A stretch of DNA of 64,000 bases from a candidate division FCPU426 bacterium (lineage in GTDB: Bacteria > Oederibacteriota > Muellerivitia > Muellerivitales > Muellerivitaceae): assembly GCA_963771075.1 (NCBI GenBank), contig CAVYSE010000025.1, positions 32,001 to 96,000 on the forward strand, read 5' to 3'. How positions within the stretch are numbered: the stretch's first letter is position 1; every line of letters starts with the position of its first letter. The translations under genes and the position numbers were made by a program. This document shows, piece after piece, positions 29,921 through 38,689 of this stretch. The notes beneath the pieces were generated by a model that saw only the letters and a program-made list of their open reading frames with translations, ran no database searches and had not been told where the DNA came from.

Positions 29921-31089
29921 TAATTTATTGTCATTTTTCTCAATGCTTTTATGGCAATAAGAATTTCTTTATACGAATTGTAGTAGCCAAAACTAAACCG
30001 CACAGTGCCGATGGGATAGGTCCCGAGCGTCCGGTGGGCCAGGGGGGCGCAATGGAGCCCCGATCGGGTGAGAATGCCGAACCTTTCGTCCAATTCATAG
30101 GCGACTTCCGAGGGGTCTTTCCCCTCCACATTCAAGGAAATCACCGCAACCCGGTCGGACGAGGGGGGCAGACCGTACAATTTCACCCCGGGGATCTTCC
30201 CCGCTTCCACGAGGAAAAGATTGGTCAGCGCCTCTTCTTTTTTTCGGACCTTTTCCACGCTGGTCCTCAGGAGGAACTCGACCCCCGCTTTCAATCCGGC
30301 CAGACCCCAGTAGTTCTGTGTGCCGCTCTCGAACTTGTCGGGCCATTGGGAGGGCTGTTCCTCCTGGTCGCTGTTGGAACCGGTGCCCCCCTCGATCAGG
30401 GAATCCAGGTTGACCTGCTGTCCCACGACAAGGCCGCCCGTGCCGGGAGGGCCCATCAAGCCCTTATGTCCCGTAAAGGCGAGAAAGTCGACCGGGTTAT
30501 CTTTCAGATTGATGGTCTGGCTTCCCGTGGTCTGGGCCGCGTCCACCAAATAGGCCACCCCTTTTTTGCGGCATATCTCCCCCACTTCCCGGATAGGGCT
30601 CAAGGTGCCGGTCACGTTGGACGCGTGGACCAAGCAGACCAGACGGGTGTTGACCTTGAGGGCTTCCTCGAATGAATAGGGATTGAACCTCCCCTGGCTA
30701 TTCGCCGAGACCAGGGTGTACTCGATATCCCTTTCCTTCTTCAACTTGTTCAGGGGCCGGATCAGCGCGTTGTGTTCCACGCCCGACAGGACCACATGGT
30801 CCCCTTTTTTGAGGAAGCCCTTCAGGGCCAGATTGATGGATTCGGTCACGTTTTTCGTGAAGAGGATGCGTTCCATCCGGGGGGCGTTGAATAGCTTAGA
30901 AAGGGCCAATCGGGTGGAGAAGACCAGTTCGTTGGCCTGGATGCCCCTTTTCGTGGCGGCCCGGCCATGCGAGACCCCTACCTCAGTGGCGTATTGGACG
31001 AGCGCCTTCAAGACCTGGTTTGGTTTTTGTCGGCTGGTCGCGGCGGCATCGAGATATATTTCCCGGCGGGTTTTCTTTTTCTTCGGCAT
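29920..31089 (-). CDS. Cysteine desulfurase-family aminotransferase class V (group II-like)
   Basis: YLDAAATS, HASNVTG, VDAAQ, TGHKGL, RSGLHCAP. Confidence 0.9.
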   Translation of the reverse strand: MPKKKKTRREIYLDAAATSRQKPNQVLKALVQYATEVGVSHGRAATKRGIQANELVFSTRLALSKLFNAPRMERILFTKNVTESINLALKGFLKKGDHVVLSGVEHNALIRPLNKLKKERDIEYTLVSANSQGRFNPYSFEEALKVNTRLVCLVHASNVTGTLSPIREVGEICRKKGVAYLVDAAQTTGSQTINLKDNPVDFLAFTGHKGLMGPPGTGGLVVGQQVNLDSLIEGGTGSNSDQEEQPSQWPDKFESGTQNYWGLAGLKAGVEFLLRTSVEKVRKKEEALTNLFLVEAGKIPGVKLYGLPPSSDRVAVISLNVEGKDPSEVAYELDERFGILTRSGLHCAPLAHRTLGTYPIGTVRFSFGYYNSYKEILIAIKALRKMTIN

Positions 31090-31164
31090 GGTGCCTCCTT
31101 GATGCGGGAGGCAAATTCTATCACATGGCCCGGGGAAATCCCGAAGGTTAGGCTCCGCCTTTAT

Positions 31165-32235
31165 TTAGTAATTGACGGGGCCGAAATATTGGATATTTCC
31201 AGCGGTGTTGGTAATGCCCAGGGTATTCGCGTCGTAATCCCCCACGTAAAAGTCGTTGTTATAAAAGAGAACTGCGGAAGGGCCGCCAAAAACGGTGGCT
31301 CCGGTTTGATTGCCGGTAAGTTCCGCCAAGAGGGTTCCGGTAGGGGAATAGACCTCCACCAGGCTGTTGTCGTAATCGGCTACCAGCAGGTTCCCGGCCC
31401 CATCCACAGCCAGGCTGTAAAACAGGGGGTCATCGTAATTAAAGGCATAAGCCGGGGGGGGCGGAAGGGCCCAGGTGGCCGCAGCGCTGAAGGACGAACC
31501 GGAAGACGTGAGCTTCCATATCAGGCCATTGTTTCCATCGGCGACATAAACGTTCCCCGACCCATCCAACGCCACGCCGATCGGGAATACGTCGTAGCCT
31601 TGATAAGAGGACGACCATTGGGCCAGGGGAGTCCCCGTCGCGCTGAATTCTTCCAGGAGTTCGTTTCCGAGATCGGCCACATAGACGTTGCCACTACTAT
31701 CCAGGGCGATTCCGCCGGGGTAGGAGAAGGTGTTGGAGTTGTAGGAGGTCCACATGGTCACAGGGCTATAGGTCGGGGCCGGGCCAAATTCGTAAACGGC
31801 TCCCACGCCGGTATTCGCGTTCCCCGAATCCAACACGTACATATTTCCCGAGGGGGAATTAATCGCCAGCCCATTGGGCCATTGGAAAGGGATGACCGTG
31901 GTTCCGGTGGAATAGGAAGACCATTGGGTGATCGCGCTGCCGCCCGTGGAACTAAAAACCTGAACTTGGCTGACGGAAGCCCCATCGCCCTCGGCGGCGT
32001 AGATCGACCCGTTGGCTTGGGCCAATCCGTTGGGTCCGTTGACCACCCATCCTCCCAGATAAGCCGGAGTCGCTTCCAGCGTGGGAACCGGTGTTAAATT
32101 GCTGTTTCCATACCGGTTTGGGTAGATGCCGTTACCATTGTTCGATGTGGGAGGATAGGAATTGCATGACAAGCTCAAGATTAATAACGGACCGATGAAC
32201 AGGGAATACAACTCAAAACTTTGTTTCATCCTCAT
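31165..32235 (-). CDS. NHL-repeat beta-propeller lipoprotein
   Basis: Lipobox LSLSC; repeats PGGIALDSSGNVYVAD, PIGVALDGSGNVYVAD, LAVDGAGNLLVAD. Confidence 0.87.
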   Translation of the reverse strand: MRMKQSFELYSLFIGPLLILSLSCNSYPPTSNNGNGIYPNRYGNSNLTPVPTLEATPAYLGGWVVNGPNGLAQANGSIYAAEGDGASVSQVQVFSSTGGSAITQWSSYSTGTTVIPFQWPNGLAINSPSGNMYVLDSGNANTGVGAVYEFGPAPTYSPVTMWTSYNSNTFSYPGGIALDSSGNVYVADLGNELLEEFSATGTPLAQWSSSYQGYDVFPIGVALDGSGNVYVADGNNGLIWKLTSSGSSFSAAATWALPPPPAYAFNYDDPLFYSLAVDGAGNLLVADYDNSLVEVYSPTGTLLAELTGNQTGATVFGGPSAVLFYNNDFYVGDYDANTLGITNTAGNIQYFGPVNY

Positions 32236-32262
32236 CCTCCCGCGAGTACCCTTTATTGTTTT

Positions 32263-32287
32263 GACGAAAACCGTCCCATAAAGTTAC
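32263..32287 (-). promoter_or_regulatory. Candidate ECF promoter for the NHL lipoprotein
   Basis: GTAACT-N15-CGTC about 28 nt upstream of the start. Confidence 0.45.
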
Positions 32288-32338
32288 GCGGAACCCGAAG
32301 AACCTGCCTGTTAAACCTTATTCTGGCTGATAATTGAT

Positions 32339-32731
32339 TTAGTCCCGGGCTGACTTGGGAAGGTCCACGACTTTCGCGGACTCCTCCATTTGGCAATTCC
32401 CCTCAAACGACGCGCCTTCCTCGATGATCAGCCTGGGCGTGGCCAGATCTCCCTCCACATGGGCGGTCGCCTCGATCTCCACCTTATCGCTGGCCGTGAT
32501 GTTTCCCTTCACTTTGCCCCCCACCAGGATGTTCCGTCCGATCAAATTTCCACGGATCATGGCCTTCTCGCCGACGATGATGCCCTCCTCGCAGGTGATA
32601 TTTCCGTAGATCTCGCCGTCCACATGGATGCTATTTTTGGAATTAAAATTGCCGCGCAGCGAGGCGTCCGGGCCGATCAGGGAATCCACCTTGCCCATGG
32701 CTCTGTTTTCCCCAAAACCGAATAGTCCCAT
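32339..32731 (-). CDS. Bactofilin (polymer-forming cytoskeletal protein)
   Basis: SLIG...G....IHVDG.I.GNI beta-helix repeats, LIIEEGASFEGNCQM. Confidence 0.92.
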   Translation of the reverse strand: MGLFGFGENRAMGKVDSLIGPDASLRGNFNSKNSIHVDGEIYGNITCEEGIIVGEKAMIRGNLIGRNILVGGKVKGNITASDKVEIEATAHVEGDLATPRLIIEEGASFEGNCQMEESAKVVDLPKSARD

Positions 32732-32868
32732 TTTTCCTCCTAAAAATAAAGTGGACTTAAAGTCTTAATAAAATTTGCCACATAGCACGTTAACGCAGTT
32801 TAGAACCTGAATAACCCTGAAAATAATAAAAAATGAAAACTGTGTCTCAGTGATTTAAGTGGTTTTTG

Positions 32869-33786
32869 TTAATCCAAATTCGGTAGGTATTTTTCCGGGT
32901 CCACGGGCACCCCATGGATCCGCACCTCGTAATGGCAATGGCTTCCCGTGCTCCGGCCGGTGGACCCCATGTAACCCACCACATCCCCACGTTTGACCGC
33001 CTGGCCCACCTTGACCTCTATTCGGGAATTATGGCCATAGCGGGTGCTGTATCCGTAACCATGTTCCACGACCACCACCCGGCCGTAACCCGATTCCCAA
33101 CCGGCATAGGTGACGATCCCATCCGCGGTCACCCGGATCGGCGACCCGACCTCGTTGGCGATGTCCACCCCGTAATGGTACCCCGGCTCACCCGAGAGGG
33201 GAGAGGCCCTTTTACCGAACCCCGAGGTGATCCAACCCTTGACCGGCCAAATGGAAGGGGTGGCGGCCAGGATGGATCTTTGACGGTCCAGGAAAGCGCT
33301 GATTTCCTTAAAGCTGGCTTCCTGTTGGATGGCCTTCTCGTTGGTGTCTTTCAGTGTGGCGGAGACGTTGCTCATCAACTCGTCGTTCTTTTTCTGGAGA
33401 AGGGCGTCGAACCGGGCTGAATCTTCCTCGGTGGGCCCGCCCAAACCGGAATAGGAGAGGATCTGCTTCCGGTTACCCAATTTCAATATTTTCCGGAACT
33501 GGCTGTCCAACTGGGCCATGCGGCTGAGCATTTCCCGGTTGGTCTCGATTTCCCCCAATATCTCCTGCATGTTGGCCTTGAAATTCCGGGTTTGGATGGC
33601 CGCTAATTGATAGTTGATGTCTTTCGATATGACATAAGCGGACCACCCCAGCAATAAACCCATTCCCAACACACCGAGATGAACCATGAAAAGGTGGGTT
33701 TTAACCTGAATAGGCCTTCGGCCGTCATGGGGTATGACCATGAAGGTCAGTTTCTTTTTAAAGTACGAATGGGAACGGTGGGACAA
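32869..33786 (-). CDS. Membrane-anchored coiled-coil M23 endopeptidase
   Basis: TM, coiled coil, PSIWPVKG, HYGVDIA, YGH, TGRSTGSHCHYEV. Confidence 0.92.
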   Translation of the reverse strand: MSHRSHSYFKKKLTFMVIPHDGRRPIQVKTHLFMVHLGVLGMGLLLGWSAYVISKDINYQLAAIQTRNFKANMQEILGEIETNREMLSRMAQLDSQFRKILKLGNRKQILSYSGLGGPTEEDSARFDALLQKKNDELMSNVSATLKDTNEKAIQQEASFKEISAFLDRQRSILAATPSIWPVKGWITSGFGKRASPLSGEPGYHYGVDIANEVGSPIRVTADGIVTYAGWESGYGRVVVVEHGYGYSTRYGHNSRIEVKVGQAVKRGDVVGYMGSTGRSTGSHCHYEVRIHGVPVDPEKYLPNLD

Positions 33787-33972
33787 GCTTTCCTCGGGTT
33801 TAAAATGTCAATAAAGGCTTTGGAAAAACGTTAAAAGCCTAATTCCAAAATAAGTGCCTCGCTGGAACCTGTCAATCGAATTGGCCCCTGCTTCAAGGTA
33901 ATTGATTTCCATCATCCGAGGGAAAGGGCTCCCAAAGCAAGGTCTACCATAAGCGGGGGGAAGGGGAAAAAG

Positions 33973-34731
33973 TTATTGAATGGAATGGCCGCCGGTAGAA
34001 AGGAACTTTTCAATCGCTCCCATGACAATCGAATGGTCGTAGTCCAGAGTGACCACGTGGTCCGACCGGTCGAGGTAAAGCAGGTGCTTCAAAGAAGATC
34101 CCAAACCCTGGTAGATGATTTCACCGTTTTTCGGCGGAACCATGGAATCCCTTCTGCCCTGTACGACCAGGGCTGGCGCTGTAATAGAACGCATTTCCTT
34201 CCGGACCCCATCCATCAGTTTTTTCAGCTCATACAGGCTTTGGGTGAACACGTAGGGATAGGTCAAATGGGGCGGCGCGGAAGGGTCCAATACCCCGCCC
34301 GTTAAATTCGAAGTGCGCCGCTGAAGGTGCCGGAAAAAGGCGATACCATTGAAGCGTATATCCCTGATCTTGACCGGGGCCGCGAGGGTGATTAGGCCCG
34401 CCACCGGATTCCGGGCCGCCAAGTGGAGGGTCAAGTCGCCCCCCATGGAAAGGCCCCCCACGAAAACTTGTTCACAACGGGAACGAAGGGCCCCATAGGC
34501 ATCTTGGGCGCTGGAAGCCCAATCTTCCCAGCGGGTCCGGGAAAGGTCCTCGGGGCTGGTCCCATGCCCTTCCAACCAGGGACCCAAGGTGCTGTAACCC
34601 TTGGGGCCGAGATGATCGCTGATAGGTTTGACTTCATCCGGAGTTCCGGACAACCCGTGCAGGAGCAGCAGGCCCACCGGTCCCGCCTTCACTTCGAACC
34701 CGGTCCTCATTTTCGGATGATGGGAGTCCAT
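33973..34731 (-). CDS. Carboxylesterase (Est/YvaK-like alpha/beta hydrolase)
   Basis: LLHGLSG, GLSMGG, D.MV, SDHVVTLD. Confidence 0.88.
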   Translation of the reverse strand: MDSHHPKMRTGFEVKAGPVGLLLLHGLSGTPDEVKPISDHLGPKGYSTLGPWLEGHGTSPEDLSRTRWEDWASSAQDAYGALRSRCEQVFVGGLSMGGDLTLHLAARNPVAGLITLAAPVKIRDIRFNGIAFFRHLQRRTSNLTGGVLDPSAPPHLTYPYVFTQSLYELKKLMDGVRKEMRSITAPALVVQGRRDSMVPPKNGEIIYQGLGSSLKHLLYLDRSDHVVTLDYDHSIVMGAIEKFLSTGGHSIQ

Positions 34732-35309
34732 ATCCCGGCGGTAACGTTCTGTTCCCTTTGGATCTCGGCAAGGATTTCGTCATCCGTCGGCCGGTCTTGG
34801 GGGTTTTTCCCCACGTATTTGTACCGGATCTTTTTGGTAGGATCGATGATGATGACGGTGGGGTGAGCAATGGGATGCCCGTTATGCCCCGCCTGGTTGA
34901 TTGCGCCGTAAGCCCCAATCAGGTTGAGTTTGACATCCGAAAGCAAAGTGAAAGGAAACCGCCATTGCTGGTTGAAACTGAGGCTTTCCTCGACCAGGTC
35001 CGTGCTGACGGCGTAAATGATGGAATGCAATTGAAGAAACCGGGAATAATCGTCTTTCAGCCCAAAAAGCTGGGTTTGACAAGCACCGCACCAATAACCC
35101 CGGTAGAAAAGAAGGACCAGGTAAGTGTTCGGGGGTACGCTGGTCAGGTGGGTCATTTGCCCGTTGCTGTCCAAGAGGGAAAAATCCGTGGCCATATCCC
35201 CCGGCGCAAGCCCGCCGGGTTTGGTCGTCACGGAGGGGGGAGCGCAAGAAAGGGGGCCCAGGAATAAACCGGTGAGAATACAGGCGGTCAATAGAATGCC
35301 CTTTACCAT
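34707..35309 (-). CDS. AhpC/TSA (peroxiredoxin-like) lipoprotein
   Basis: Lipobox PLSC, GD.A.DFSL, FYRGYWCGACQTQL. Confidence 0.85.
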   Translation of the reverse strand: MVKGILLTACILTGLFLGPLSCAPPSVTTKPGGLAPGDMATDFSLLDSNGQMTHLTSVPPNTYLVLLFYRGYWCGACQTQLFGLKDDYSRFLQLHSIIYAVSTDLVEESLSFNQQWRFPFTLLSDVKLNLIGAYGAINQAGHNGHPIAHPTVIIIDPTKKIRYKYVGKNPQDRPTDDEILAEIQREQNVTAGIWTPIIRK

Positions 35310-35427
35310 GATTCCATGTCCTTCACAATGAAATGGCCCAAGTTGCTGGGTTTAGAATAACCCCTAGGGGCAGTGAGTGCCAGCCTGAGCTTGGAGGTGT
35401 TGACTTATTTTCAGCCGCTTCCCAATA

Positions 35428-36231
35428 ATGAGCGCCATGATTTCCAGGATGATCCGCCTTTTCCCCCGAAAAACCTTTTCTTTTCCATTGGCATCGCTGG
35501 TTTTTTTTGCCGCCCTGTCCTGCATGGCCGCAAGTTCTCCTCCACCGCCTCCCGATTCCCAGGGATCGATCTTTATCCGTGAGAAAGTTGCCGATAAAAT
35601 CGCCTTCGAGTCCGCCTTCCAAGGCCTAAGAGATGAATTCAAGGACAATGGGTTCCTGGCCTATAGCCTTCACGCCGACCTTCAAAACCCCTCTTATTAC
35701 ATCCTGACGCTTCAATGTTCCAACTTGGAAAAGGGCCAAGCCTTTTTAAAATCAAAAAATTACCGGGCTTCGATGAAAAAGGCTCGGGTGACGGCACCCG
35801 TGGTTTGGTCCGGGTCGGATATCACACCCCGGGTTTACGATGTTCTTTCCCCCAAGCCCGCCGGCATCGTGATCGCACGCAACGACCTGAAATCCTACGA
35901 TTACTGGAAGGCCGTTTTTGACGAAGAGCATAACCCTTCCCACGGCGGCAAAAACCCGAACAAGGAAGAAGGCTATCACGAGCAAAGGAATTACAAGGCC
36001 AGCCAGTACAGCATCCACCGGGGCCTCGGCAAGCAAGACGTCGCATATGTAGTCCACCTGGCTTCGGACGTCTCGAAGGCTCCTGAATTCATGAGCTCAG
36101 CTCCCATGAAAGCGATGAAAGGGCCATTGGGTATTACTCGATTTGCGGTCTGGTATGGAGTGAACTTGGAACAAGGCGTTTTTACCGATAGCCCTACCAC
36201 AAAGCCCGCCATGGAGACACCCACCCCATGA
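35428..36231 (+). CDS. Exported protein with two tandem ABM/dimeric alpha+beta-barrel-like repeats; start may be ATG 35437
   Basis: Hydrophobic N-terminus; repeats REKVADKIAFESAF...AF and RNDLKSYDYWKAVF...EF; stop overlaps the next ATG. Confidence 0.72.
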   Translation: MSAMISRMIRLFPRKTFSFPLASLVFFAALSCMAASSPPPPPDSQGSIFIREKVADKIAFESAFQGLRDEFKDNGFLAYSLHADLQNPSYYILTLQCSNLEKGQAFLKSKNYRASMKKARVTAPVVWSGSDITPRVYDVLSPKPAGIVIARNDLKSYDYWKAVFDEEHNPSHGGKNPNKEEGYHEQRNYKASQYSIHRGLGKQDVAYVVHLASDVSKAPEFMSSAPMKAMKGPLGITRFAVWYGVNLEQGVFTDSPTTKPAMETPTP

Positions 36232-36566
36232 TCACCTTGAGGAAAAATACCGCGTCCTTCATGTGCCCGGTCCTCCTTGCGGTTTTACTTTCCCTCCTGG
36301 CGGTTGAAACCTCCCATCACCATGAGAAGCTGAAAGATAACGACCATTGTTCCGTTTGCGCCTGGCAGTTGACCGGATCGCAAGGGGTCACTGCTCCCGC
36401 TCCGCCTGTTCTCTTGCCGGTCCTACTCGTTCTGACGCTTTTCTTTTTCTTTCCCCTCCTCCAGGTCTTCAAGCTAATTCAATCCCGCGGAAGGTCTCCC
36501 CCCTCCTCCCCCTTTAAAGCTGACGATCAACGGCTTTTTTCGAAGCCGAATTTAAAAGGAGGACAC
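36228..36566 (+). CDS. DUF2946/CutF/CruR-like leader peptide (TM-HHH-CxxC-Pro-rich-RSPP); reads in frame into the next gene in this sequence
   Basis: MITLRK-hydrophobic-SHHHEKLKDNDHCSVC...APAPP...SRGRSPP. Confidence 0.72.
36504..36563 (+). promoter_or_regulatory. Anti-SD/SD sequestering stem upstream of the outer-membrane gene
   Basis: TCCTCC (36504-09) pairs with GGAGGA (36558-63); TTTAAA (36513-18) with TTTAAA (36551-56); inner hairpin CGGCTT/AAGCCG. Confidence 0.65.
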
Positions 36567-37695
36567 ATGTCCCGTTATTTAAAATTATTTTTCATCGCAG
36601 CGCTTTTGGGCTTCCCCCCATTCGGCCTGGCCCAAACCCGATCCATCATTTCCAATCTGGCGAATCCCGCCATTGGAATGAGCGCCCTTTTTCTTGGGCA
36701 GGAAGCCCCCAACCTGAGCCAATCCGGCCTCAACGGAATCCAGTTCCAGGAAGCCGAACTCAGCGTCATTTCCACGGTGGACCCTTACTGGACCCTGGCG
36801 GCCAACCTGGTCTTCGGGGCCAACTCCAATGACGGCATACCCGACACGGTGGAGGCGGAAGAAGCCTATGCCACCACCGACAGCATCCCGGATATCCAGT
36901 TGAAGGTCGGGGAAATGCGGGCCCAATTCGGCAAGCATGGTCTTCTGCACACCCACGCCTTTCCCTTCATCCAAGCCCCCATTGTCATGGGCAATTCCAT
37001 CGGTATGGAAGGTTTCAAGGACGCGGGAATCCAGGCGGCCTGGCTGACCCCCCTGTCATGGTTCTGCGAATTGACCGCGGGGGCCTACACCCCGGTGGCC
37101 GATGACGAAACGTGAGAACGGCGGGCAGGGCAATCACCCCTTGGATTTTAATTCCTCGTCCCATGACAACATCCCTTACCTAGTCCACTTGAAGAACCTC
37201 GTCGATGTGGACGAGGACACGACCATGGAGCTGGGAGCGTCCGATTTGACGGGAATGGGCGACGATGGCCTTCACCACGCGGTATACGGAGCGGACCTGA
37301 CGTTCCGCAACGTTCCCCTTCGGGAGTCCAACCAACACGGATGGATCCTCCAGGGGGAATACATCAAGAAGGTTTCCTATGAAGATAGCGTTTATAACCA
37401 GGAAACCGACGGGTGGTACGGGTCCTTCCAGGACCGCTTGTCCCAGGAATGGTGGACCGGCTTGCGTTACGAACAGTGTTTCAACACCACGCCCGACACC
37501 CAGGTGGACCCCACCGAGAACTCGCTAACCGGCCATGTCCAGCGGGTTTCCGCCGACATCGCGTGGCTGGCTTCGGAATTTTCGGAAGTACGGGCGGAGT
37601 ACAGTTACGCTTGGAACGACACGGGATCGGTGGATAACCGGGCGATGCTTCAATTTAATTACGTCATCGGCTTCCACCCGCCGCATTCGTACTAA
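36567..37695 (+). CDS. Putative outer-membrane metal-uptake beta-barrel protein, frameshifted at ~37110
   Basis: Strong SD, signal peptide, NPAIG, EAEL...VDPY, EEAY, FGKHGLLHTH, C-terminal IGFHPPHSY; two overlapping ORFs. Confidence 0.75.
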
Positions 37696-37698
37696 AGA

Positions 37699-37750
37699 CA
37701 GCTTTTAGCTGTTAGCCCTTGGCTAATAGCTAACTGCCAAAAGCTAAAAA
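37699..37750. repeat. Inverted heptamer array (TAGC / GCTAA units)
   Basis: CAGCTTT TAGCTGT TAGC ... GCTAATA GCTAACT GCCAAAA GCTAAAA; 37700-37716 vs 37729-37745 are 15/17 complementary. Confidence 0.72.
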
Positions 37751-37765
37751 CCTAAGGAGAAACAA

Positions 37766-38681
37766 ATGAAATCGCTCAAACAAATGATTTTCGCAGTTCT
37801 AACGGCGGTATTCGCCGTGCCGGCGTTCGCCGATTTGAAAGGTGGCCACTTCCCTCTCGGACCTGGCCTCCGTGGCCCAGTTCGTGGGAGGCTCCCACGT
37901 GACGGCCACCAGCCTCTGCAAGGGCTACGAAGACCCGCACTTCGTGCCCGCCAAGCCAAGCTTGATGAAGGCCATTCAGGACGCCGACGTTTTCGTGTCG
38001 GTCGGCCTGGAACTGGATGGCGGCTGGCTCCCCCTGGTCATTCCGGGAAGCCGAAACCCCAAGATCCAGCCGGGCGCCAAGGGTTTCATTGACGCCTCCG
38101 AGGGCGTGAACGTGCTGGAAAAACCCATCGGGACGGTCAGTCGGGCCGAGGGCGATATCCACCCCCTGGGCAACCCGCATTACTACACCGACCCGGCCAA
38201 CCTGGAAGTGGTGGCGGACCACTTGGCCCGGGTCTTTGGCGAACTAGACCCGGCCAATGAGGCCGATTACGCGGCCAACGCCAAGGCCTTCGACGAGAAA
38301 ATGGAGAAATCGCTCAAGGAATGGGAGGCGCAGATGAAGCCCTACCGAGGCTCTGCCCTTGTGGTTTTCCATGAGAACTTCGTTTATTTCGCCGAGCGTT
38401 TCGGGTTGAAGCTCTTCGGTACGGTGGAACCCAAGCCCGGCATTCCGCCCAACCCGCGCTACCTCACTGAAACCGCCGAGGCCATGAAAGCCGCAGGGGT
38501 CAAGGTGGTGATCTACCAGCCCTACCATGACGCGGATGCGTCCAACGTGCTGGCGAAAAAGGCGGGCGCCACGGCCTATGTGATCCCCACGGAAGTGGGG
38601 GGAACGCCCGAGGCGAAGGACGTCTTCACGAAATTTGACTTTATCGTGTCCACGCTCTCCCAAGCCTTCTCGCAAAAGTGA
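37766..38681 (+). CDS. Cluster A-I (ZnuA/TroA-like) metal ABC substrate-binding protein, frameshifted at ~37840
   Basis: RBS AAGGAG, signal peptide AFA in ORF 37766; body has EDPHF, GLELD, GDIHPLGNPHY, FHENF.YF, EPKPGIPP. Confidence 0.88.
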
Positions 38682-38689
38682 GGTAAAGT

